From assembly GCA_976551045.1 (NCBI GenBank), contig CDPCPM010000052.1, positions 9,982,001-10,046,000 of the forward strand: a stretch of DNA of 64,000 nt, in the 5' to 3' direction. The notes under the pieces were generated by a model. That model made no database searches. It was not told the DNA's origin and was given only the letters and a program-made list of their open reading frames with translations. The position numbers were made by a program, and so were the translations under genes. This document shows, piece by piece, positions 54,745 through 64,000 of the stretch. Every line of letters starts with the position of its first letter. The first letter of the stretch is position 1. Source of the stretch: Glaucostegus cemiculus (Eukaryota).

Positions 54745-56000
54745 TAGCAAATAGGAGTAAGGACAAGCTATTTGGCTCCTGGCGCCTGCTGTTCTTGGCT
54801 TCAGTTCCACTTTCCTTTCTGTTCTCCTAGAGATCAAAAATCTATCTTAGCTTTCAGCATCCTCAATGATTCACCTTTCACAGCTCTCTGGACCAGAGAA
54901 TTCCAAAGATTGACAAGAGGCGGCAGCAACTGTTAAACTCCTGGCCACAGTTTGTGGGAGTCTAGCTAAAAGAAATTCCTCCTCATCAGTCTTAAATGGG
55001 CAGCACCTTATTCTGAAACTAAGCTTCCTTGTTCTAGATTCTCCTGTGAGGGAAAATATCTTCTCAGCATGTCTCCTAACAAACCCTTTCAGAATCTTTT
55101 ATGTTACAGTAAGATTGCTTCCCATTCTTCTAAATTCCAATGAGTATAGGTCAAACCCGCTCAATCACTCCTCACAAGATAACCCTTTATTCTAAGTCAA
55201 CCTACTCAAGACTACCCCAGATGTCAGTACCTATCTACTTAAATAAGGAGAGCAAGAACATATGGCATGCTCCAAGTATGGCCTCACCAAACCCTGCGAA
55301 GTTCATCAAGATCTTCCTATTTTTATACTCCATCCTCTTTATAATAAAGGCCAACTTTCTTAATTACTTGCTCAATTTGCAAATTATCCTTATAGTACAC
55401 GGAATCAAAGGATACCCTCTGTACCACACCACAATTTCTGCATTTCTACTCTTCCTATCAAATGTCAAATTTCTCATTACACCCTACCAAACTTTGGCAG
55501 TCATTTAATTTTATTTTGCTTCACAACCGTCTGATGCTCTCCTGATGGCATGCTTTTCCATCCAGTTTTATCATCAGCAAATTTGGCTACAATACACTCA
55601 GTCCCTTCACCCAGATTGTAGATAAACCGAGGCAGCACTGATCCCCGTGGCACCCCACGAGTTGCAGCCTACCAACCTAAAAATGATCCAATTGCAATGA
55701 CTCTATGTTAATTAGCCAATCTTATATCCAAATCAATAATATAACACTAACCTCATGCAACTCTTACCTTATGCATTTCATGTGGGACACTATTAACTGA
55801 CCTTTGGGAATCCAAATACAATACATTCACGTGTCCCCTTTATGTTACATTCTCAAAGAAATCTGATAAATTATCATAAAATGATGTTCAATTTACTTAG
55901 TTGCATCATGATTTTCTAAATGGCCTGCTACTTTATCCTAATAATGTATTCCAGCAATTTCCAACAACAGACATCAGGCTAACTACTGGCTTCTGCTTTG
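54745..56000 (-). mobile_element. Longer decayed CR1-type LINE fragment
   Basis: 3' UTR motif at ~54750; RT-region remnants at ~55560-55660 (ATCATCAGCAAATTT = reverse of KFADD; GCACTGATCCCCGTGGCACCCC = reverse of GVPRGSVL). Confidence 0.7.
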
Positions 56001-58337
56001 TGGTTCTCTCCTAAATGTGCACAATTCCCATTCTTATGCCAGATAACTACCAGAGAACCAGATAAATACCTTGCTGAAAGACAGAACTAAACACATTAAA
56101 TCTTTTATCACAAACCCTGCACCCACCTTAAAGGCAAACCCAACCATCCCCTACAATGGGTTGAAAGTACACCAGATGCCACCCATATCCCTCCCATACC
56201 CCCACTGAGAATGAAGTGGGCACACCCAGATCGAGGGTAGATCAGGCAAACTCTCCTGAGCAAGGGGAAACCAGGCACACCTCTCCTGAACCAGTGGTTA
56301 AAAAAAAGGACTTCCCCACCTAAGTCAAGAATAAATGAGACTGCCACAGGACACCTTCTGTCTCACCTAAGAGGCAAACCTTTCCCACCACGCCCCGCCC
56401 CACCAATCCATGGTCAAGAGTAAATGAGATACCACCTAACTCAGAATGAGGACAAACCAGATGTCCCACTCCCACCAGACTCATAAATGATAAATCAGAA
56501 GACCCTCTTCCCAGGTTCAAGTGTAAAGTGGATGTGAACAGTTCTGTTATGGATAAACGATGTGCCCCTAGTCAAGGTCGAACCAATGGAATTAGCCTCA
56601 TATTAGGGCAAATCAGGGCAGTGGAAAACTAGGTATCTGCATTTGTCCAGGGCAGGGGGAACATGAAGCCCACCAGCCCCCCAGGTCAGAGTCCCACATC
56701 CTTCCAGAACCAGTGGATGTCCAGTGCAAGGATGAATAAGACCCCTCTGACCCCAGGTTTGAAGGTAGACCGGACACCCTTCCCACTCTGAATTTGAGGA
56801 TTATAAAAAGACACCTCCCATTGTAAATGCAAGCTAGACTCTCACCAACTCTGGGCAATTGCTACCTCCCCCAGTAATACTAGGCTAAAGGTAAACTAAA
56901 TTACCCCTCCCAGATAAGGGTAAACCAGATGACAGCCTATCCCTGATCAAAGGCAAGCAAGAAGTCCACCATGTTACATCATGGCTACAAGAGATGCCCT
57001 CCAAACCAGATGCTCCACTTTGCCTTTGGTCAGAGGTATATGGATGCCCACAATCACCTGAGGATAATTATCAAAATGCTCAGCCGCCGCCCCCCCCCCG
57101 ATTCCCACCATGTCAAATTAGATACCCTTTGACCCTGGACTTAAGAGTAAACCCATCATCGCTTGGGTCCATAGCATGTTACACACTTACCATTTCTGGC
57201 CAAGGGTACACCACACTACCCCCATTCCAGCCTAATGGTACACGAGAATGACCCACCTCACCTCCTGCCGGGTTGCGGACACACCAGAGTGCCCTAACAG
57301 TGGGTGAAGGTCACCAGGTTATCCTATTGTGGGTACAGATACATCATATACTAGTATCTCAGACACAGTAAACTGTACCACCACAGCATAGGATACGCCA
57401 AGATGACCCCTACCTCAGATCCAGGGTACACCAGACAATTCCCATCTGGGAGTGCACATAAATCAGACACCTCCCTCCAGAGTTAACGGAAAAACTGTTT
57501 TAAGATTAATCCTGACAAGTCCAAATCCCCAAGATCCCTGGTCAAGTACAAGGTGAGCACACCTTTACCTCCCATTAACATCCTGAGTGAACGCCCACCA
57601 TACAAAGTGCCCAAGATCCTCAGTTGGGAAACCAGACATCCCCCCCCCCACCCCAATAACAGTAGGTACCTTCTCCTGGATTGAGGGTAAACCATACCAA
57701 TTCCCAACCTTGTCTGATGTGGCTAACCAACCACACCGGTCAGCAAGAGGCACCGCGTCCCGGTGCAGAATAAACCAGACACCCGCACCCCCAGCATTAA
57801 CCAGACGGCGCCTAATCTCCCAGTGTAAACAAATCCCCGCCTCCCCTCCCACCCCCGGGTCACCACCATCCCTCTCCCCGGTCACCATCACCCCCCCCCC
57901 CCACCGCTCCAGAGTAAACCAACCCCCCCCATCCCAGACCCCCGACGGCGGGCTCGCCCCTTCCCCCCTCCCGGGACGCTCCCACCCTGGAGGGTTGCAG
58001 TGGGAGGGGGACGGGAGGTCCCTGGCCCCCGGCCCCCAGGAAGGTGAACCCTGGGCTGGATCGGGCGGAGGGCCGGGCCCCCACCCAGGTTATGGGTGAC
58101 CCTCCCGCCGGGCCCGGGACACGGGGCTCGCCTCGGGGTCAGGCCGGCCCCCAGCGGCCCTGTCCGCCCGGGGGTCCACGGACGGGAGCCAGGGGTCGGC
58201 CCGGTCTCCACAGCCGCCCTCCGCTCTACCCAGCCCGGGATATCAGGGAGAAAAGGGCCGAGCGTCCGCTGCCGGCGGCCGGGGTCCCGGGACCTCCCCC
58301 CGCCCTCGCTGCTCCGTTTTGTGGGGGATCGGAGGCA

Positions 58338-58348
58338 AAGATGGCGGC
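58338..58348 (+). promoter_or_regulatory. YY1 consensus site
   Basis: AAGATGGCGGC, ~65 nt into intron 1. Confidence 0.65.
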
Positions 58349-58412
58349 CGGATGCCGCCGGGAACAAAGCGGGAGAAAACCTCGGGATCGGAACCACGAA
58401 ACGGCCCTTTAC

Positions 58413-58590
58413 CTCAGAAATACCGACCTCGGCTCGTTCCCAGGGCTTCCTCGGCCTCAACTACAGCGGGAAACGGGGATCGGCGCCGAACTACAGCCCG
58501 ATGGAGGCGGATGGAGAAGGATCCGGGGCCTAAGCAAAAGGATTGAAGAGAATCCGACTCCGGCCTCGTAAACCGGGCTCAGAGACTGAG
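58413..58590 (-). other. PRRC2B: PRRC2B exon 1 (non-coding 5' UTR; 5' end approximate)
   Basis: Lies in the CpG island; donor GAG|GTAAAG at 58413/58412; no ATG on the minus strand in this stretch. TSS cannot be fixed from sequence. Confidence 0.6.
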
Positions 58591-58595
58591 CCTCC

Positions 58596-58866
58596 GCGCC
58601 GGGGCGGCGCCTGCCGACGGCCCCGGGAACTGCAGGCAGGGAAACGGCATCGTGGCGGCACCTGGTGGCAATATGGGGAACTGTAGGCAGGGAAATGCCA
58701 TCGGGCGAGGCACCTGGTGGCAACGTACGGAACTGCACCCAGGGAAACGGCGCCGGGGCGGCACCTGCCGACAGCCCTGGGAACTGCAAGCAGGGAAACG
58801 GCGCTGGGGCGGCACCTGGTGGCAACACAAAGATCTGCAGCTAAGGAATCAACGCTGAGGCGGCAG
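58596..58866 (-). repeat. Tandem repeat of ~51-bp units (5 copies) carrying CTCF-like extended motif
   Basis: GGAACTG or variant recurs at ~58626, 58677, 58729, 58780, 58831; each unit contains GGCRCCTG and GGGAAA. Confidence 0.8.
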
Positions 58867-59556
58867 TTCCATTCTGGGAAACAGTAAATGTTTTTTTTAA
58901 ACTGCAGATGCAGAAAATCTGAAATAAAAACAGAAAACGTTCAGCAGATTAACCAACATCTGAAAAAAGAAAACCAGAATCAGCGTGTCAGTTCTGAGAC
59001 CTTTTGTCAAAACTGAAGAAGAGAGAAAACAAGTTAGTTTTCAGAAGCAGAGAAGATGGTTACAACAAAGGGACTGTATATGCCCTGGTCTATATCTCGA
59101 TATATTTCAAAAAGAAAACAAAAATAAAGTATCAGAGTAAAATTACATGGAGTGTAAGAACAGACTGTGAAAGATTCTACAAGTGTGTAAGAAATGTGGA
59201 AAAATTTAGGCCCCTTGGTTTGAACTGAAGCATGAAACCTCTTAGCATCCTCGAAACTATTCACATTCCCACCTGAGTCATGGGCAGACTCGGAAATGTT
59301 ACATTTCAGCCAAATTGAATTCTGAACAGTTGGGGCCCAAGAACTGATCTCTGTTCCCATCTCATCACATGTGGAGATCATATTTTTTCCTATTCTTTAT
59401 TTTCTATGCTAACCAGCACTCAAACCATGCTAGGATTTTACCCCCAAAACCATGTGCTGTCACTTACTTGAGTAATGGGACCTTACCAATAACCTACTGA
59501 AAATCCAAATGCACCACATCCACTGGTTCCCATCCACTCTACTAGATACATCCTCA

Positions 59557-60279
59557 TGTTACTTACCAGCAACAACAGAAACACAATGAGCCGTGTTTAA
59601 ATGTTAGAATCTATTTATGAATAACTACTTGTAATAATAAGAGAAATAAAAACATTAGATATTAAATGTTGGCCCCAAAATTAACTCAAAGTGTGTGTGT
59701 GTCAAGTTCCCAAACCCCCATGTCTAGGAACAGTTCTCAGAGTTCAGTTCAATAAGTCATAAAGTAGAATGATGAGCAAAGGCTTTTGAAAACCATAGTA
59801 GAAAGTAGAGAGAATGTAGAGAGAAGGAATTTATGAAATCCACATGTTCCACGATGGAATCCAGATGACACCTTAATCACCGAAGATCTCCATTGCTTTG
59901 TTCTGAAGTATCTGCCACACCGAGGGCACTCAATACGCAGCCGCCCACAGATATACCTGCTTTCCATTACAGGTAAACAAGTGGACTCCATGGATTGCTC
60001 CAAAAATCCATACATGGATTGTGTAGTGACAGTCACAACTATTGTTCATCCATAGATACAGAGACTGGCAGTCAGTGCCACCAACTCGCGCTTTCTCTCT
60101 CTCTCTCTCTCTCCCTCTCTCTCTCTCCCCCTTCGTCTCTCTGTGCAACTGCCAGTACACTCCAGTTATAGTCTTTTTTTTTTGCTCGCAGTAGTCAGAT
60201 AAACCCACACACACATTACTACACTACTGTCCAGGTGCCTTAAAGGGACACTCACCAAGTAACAACCTGGCTCGTAACA
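59557..60279 (-). mobile_element. Solo LTR (Gypsy-like), 723 bp, nested in a CR1 fragment
   Basis: TGTTAC...GTAACA termini; 4-bp TSD CTCA; minus-strand 3' end (GTGTTTCTGTTGTTGCTGGTAAGTAACA) resembles the 3' end of the 52873-53697 LTR. Confidence 0.8.
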
Positions 60280-61320
60280 CTCAAAGAACTCCAGTACAAT
60301 AGCTGAACATTATTTCCCTTTCATTAATCCTTATTGACTCTGATCAATGATCATTTTACTTTCTAAATGTCTGTTTCAGGCTCATTAATTTCTCTGTATT
60401 TCCACTTTGTTACAACTAATTTCTTTAACTTCCTCATTTGCGCTGACATTTTATTCTTCAGTACTTCTGAAATTTTTTGCATCATTTTCCATGAGGGCAG
60501 ATACAATGCATCAGTTTAATTCCTCTGCTGTTTCTGCGTTCCCCATTAGAAATTATCCCATTTCCATCTTTAAGAATTCTGCATTTGCTCTTGCTGGTCT
60601 TTATTTTTTTCAATGCCTATGGAACCTCTTACCATCTGTTTTTTTTTGTTGCTAGTTTAATCTTTCTTTATGGATTTCTTAATCATCCTTTACTGAATTC
60701 CAAAATGCTTCCACTCCACAGGCCTATGACATCCAGAGCAGCACCTGTGGCGGTACATGGAACTGCACTCAGGGAAACAGCGGCAGGTTGACTCTTGGCA
60801 GAAGTACAAGGACCTGCAATAAAAACTGAAAGTACTGGAGACCCTCAGCAGGGCAGGCAGCATCTATGGAGAAACAACAGAATTAATGTCTCAGGTCGAT
60901 GACTTTTCACCAGAACTGGAAAAGAATGAGAAAAACAACCACATTATAAGTTGCAGAGAGTGAGAGGGGTGAAGAAAATAATGAGAATGTGATAGGTTGG
61001 GTATCAAGGTTGTCCAGGTGACAGAAATGCCATTGACGCTCTCCAAGAGAAGGTGACAAATGCTTGTAAACACTGCTGAGCTGTCTGGAGAAGTGCAAGT
61101 AGAGAGAGATGAATGAGGGCAGTGGAAAGGAATGAAATGCTGGAACTGTGTGATGTGCAGAACATGGACCAGTCATCAAACTCTGATTCACTCTGCACTG
61201 ATGCTGCCTAATCTGCTGAGGGTTTCCAACATAATCTGTTTTTATTTCCTTTGTTCATTTTCTGTAGATTATCTTTTCTTAAATTAGAACCTGTGCTGTA
61301 TTATTCCATGTACTAGAAAG

Positions 61321-61625
61321 ACCTGCATCCAGGGAAACAGCGCCGGGGCAGCACCTGCCGGCGATACAGGGAACTTGCACCCAGGGAAACCCGGCGAAGG
61401 CAGGGAAATCTGCACCGAGGAATCACCTCAGGACGGCACCTCCTGGCGGGACAGGGAACTGCACCCGGCGGAACTGCGCCGGGACGGCACCTGCTGGCGA
61501 GACAGGGAACTGCACCCGGGGAAACAGCGCCAGGGAGGGGGTGGGGGCACCTGCTGGCGGCACAGGGAACTACACCCGGGGAAACAGCGCCGGGGCGGCA
61601 CCTGGCGGATAAATGGGGAGCTTCA
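61321..61625 (-). repeat. Second cluster of the same ~51-bp unit (about 5 copies plus a partial)
   Basis: GCACCTGCTGGCG..ACAGGGAACTGCACCC.GGGAAACAGCGCC repeats, same orientation as 58596-58866; one isolated copy at ~60736-60787. Confidence 0.8.
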
Positions 61626-62241
61626 ATATGTGGATTGAGGTAAATCTCACCATTAAAAATCGCTTAACTTCTGACTTACTTTCACTAGCGGACCGAAAAT
61701 TCCTCCAATTAATATTTTCGTTTGTTTATAATCGTCCCAGATCTCCATTCCTCCAAGAGACGCTCAATCGCCACCTCCATCCCCCGGCCCCGGGGCTCAG
61801 GGTCAGGTCGGGGCTGTGTCCTCCTCTGCACTCACATCCAGAGCCAAGCTGCATCTACCTCAAACCCTGAGCTCCTCATAAATGCCTCCAGAAGCAGACT
61901 GGGCGTTACTGATTGCTTCACTGGGGCTTACCATAATGTCAAAGCCAAAACACTACAGATGCTGGGGATAGTTATCAAGTCAGGCAACATCTGTGGAGAA
62001 ATAAACAAAGATAATGTTTCAGGTATTTGAAAGGCCACCGATCTGAAACAGTGACTGCTGCTCTCTCCAAAGATGCTGCCTCTCTGTGTTTCTCTTTTAT
62101 TTTTGCATAATTTCCTTGCACTTGTATTTTCCTCTGATAATGAAATCCAGAAACATGTATTATTCTATTAATAGAATCATTGGACAAATCTTACTGGTTG
62201 TGGCCGTCCTTCTCTGAACTGCTGATAGTCAACTGTATCTA

Positions 62242-62878
62242 CAGAATCAGAATCAGTTTTATTGTCACAACCATATACACACACAGTATGCATAGGAGCG
62301 AGATACCGTACTCCACAGGTGCACATTACATTAAATATTAAACAGAAGAGACACACAGACAGAAAGACACTGAAAAACAGTAGAACCACAAAAATTAAAT
62401 TAAATTATGCAACTTAAATAAATAGTCTTAAAATGAGCGAACTAGCAGCGGACATTTAAAGTGCTGGTGCGTTTCTGTATTCCTAGCATCCTTTAGTGTT
62501 GGCAGGAGAGATGAGTTCACAGATCTAATAGCTTGTGGGAAGAAGCTATTACACAGCCTGGTTGTTCTTGCCCTGATGCATTTGAGCCTTCTTCCAGATG
62601 GCAAGAGTGTGAAGAGATGATGGGAGGGGTGAGGAGGATCCAACATTATATTTTTGGCCTTCCTAACACCACATGGCCAGTTGCTTCACCTCTTCTCTGT
62701 AGTCCGACTCATTGTTGTTCATGATGAGACCCACCACTGTTGTGTCATCAGCGAACTTAACAATGTGGTTAGAGCTGGATCTGGCCACGCAGTCGTGAGT
62801 CAACAAGGTGAACAGGAGTGGGCTGAGCACACAACCCTGAGGGGAGCCAGTGCTCAGTGTGATGGTGCTCCAGGTACA
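62242..62878 (-). mobile_element. Rex1/Babar-type LINE 3' fragment
   Basis: RT motifs TGSPQGCVLSPLLFTL..HDC...IVKFADDTTVVGLI; C-terminal DPPHPSHHLFTLLPSGRR..IRARTTRLCNSFFPQAIR; AATAAAACTGATTCTGATTCTG tail. Confidence 0.85.
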
Positions 62879-63404
62879 CAAGCAAGCCCCAGATTTACAT
62901 GGGCCCTCTGTAGGTCTGAGACAAACTCACTGACAGATACCACTGATCCTTCACCGTCAGAGGTGGGAAATGACTGAAGACCCCATTCACTTCAATGGAT
63001 GTTTTCAACCTGGTGAATGGGAGAGGTAGGCAATATTATTTTAAAAATTTTATTTCAATCTAATCTTTTTATTGATGTGTATGTTCACGTGTTTTAATAA
63101 CTTTAATTTTTCATATAGTTTTTATAATTTCTTCAGTATTCATAGTTTATAAATGTCCTTGAGTATCAGAGATATTTAAAAAGTTTAAAATTGCTTTGAA
63201 GGAGATGATGCTGCAGTCCAGATGATTCCTGGGGCAGGTCCTCAGAACTGGCTGCCTCAGGCCTTGCTACCAATTGGCAAAATCAGCTTTCTGCATCTGG
63301 CTCAGCTTCATTTTTTTTCTGAAATTCCATTGACGATGTTTAAGGATCGGTGTTAACAGTGATGAAATATTCTGTTGTTATTCCAATTGTTAGCATTTCC
63401 TCAG

Positions 63405-63945
63405 TAGATATTTGCAGTGTCAGTATTCCCAGTACTGATACTCTCAGTGTTTGCTTTACCATTGCTGATATGCAATATATTATAATTTTTATTCCCAGTA
63501 TTAATATTGCCAGTGATAAAATTACCAGTGCTGATATTCCCGGTTAGTGTTTCCAGTGCTAACACTCCCAGTGTCAATGTTTCCAATATTGATATCCCCA
63601 GTTTCACTGTTTCTGGTGGTGACACTCTCAGCGATAGTATTTCCAGTGGTGACACTCCCAGTGTCAATGTCTGCAGTGGTGACACTCCCAGTGCCAGTGT
63701 CTTCAGTGGTAATGGTCCCAGTGCCAGTGTCTGAAGTGGTGATGCTCACAGTGTCAGTGTTTCCAGTGGTGATGCTCACAGTGTCAGTGTCTGCAATGGT
63801 GACGCTCCCAGTGTAAGTGTCTGCAGTGGTGACACTCCCAGTCTCAGTGGCAGCAGTGGCAACATTCCCAGTGTCAGTGCTTCCAGTGGTGACACTCCCA
63901 GTGTCAGTGCTTCCAGTGCCGGTACCCTCACTGATGATATTCCCC
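63405..63945. repeat. 30-bp minisatellite (consensus ~CCAGTGTCAGTGTCTGCAGTGGTGACACTC)
   Basis: Clear 30-nt period over 63540-63930, decaying leftwards; gives repetitive ORFs in several frames. Confidence 0.9.
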
Positions 63946-64000
63946 ATGGTCTTCGATCCTCTTTCAATGATTTAGTAATTGATACTTTGCTCCTTTTGTC

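Larger units (their letters stand above)
57740..58870. promoter_or_regulatory. CpG island / PRRC2B promoter
   Basis: Sharp rise in GC and CpG against a CpG-depleted background; GC boxes; spans exon 1. Confidence 0.9.

Noticed and set aside
57565-58858. Cluster of long overlapping ORFs (up to 190 aa)
   Set aside because: Expected from stop-poor GC-rich CpG island and tandem repeat sequence; low-complexity G/P/R products with no domain.
58596-58866. Repeat-spacer pattern superficially like a CRISPR array
   Set aside because: Vertebrate DNA, degenerate repeats, very short variable parts and no cas genes.

Overview
Vertebrate genomic DNA, most likely from a cartilaginous fish (inferred from the repeat content: CR1 fragments, V-SINE and Deu-SINE remnants, Penelope-like fold-back repeats, Rex1/Babar). 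One gene fills most of the window: PRRC2B (BAT2L1) on the minus strand. It has a CpG-island promoter and non-coding exon 1 at ~58.4-58.6 kb, 32 coding exons from ATG 46067 to TGA 4132 (hand-spliced CDS 7257 nt, 2418 aa, all GT-AG and phase-consistent), and a long AT-rich 3' UTR probably running towards the window start. Most short ORFs in the track are exon overhangs, antisense shadows or transposon debris. Best observations: (1) a weak-context out-of-frame uORF starting 16 nt before the main ATG and overlapping the CDS, in a gene whose protein family promotes leaky scanning; (2) an in-frame TGA where the family has Arg of the C-terminal RTG(P/A)IKP motif, followed by a still-open 16-codon tail ending in TAA; (3) about 11 co-oriented ~51-bp repeat units upstream of the promoter resembling extended CTCF sites with one shared core substitution; (4) a 68-nt near-perfect intronic hairpin with nearby partial copies; (5) two solo LTRs with intact 4-bp TSDs. 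No prokaryote-type system is present. Comparisons with human proteins and motifs are from recall and need alignment.
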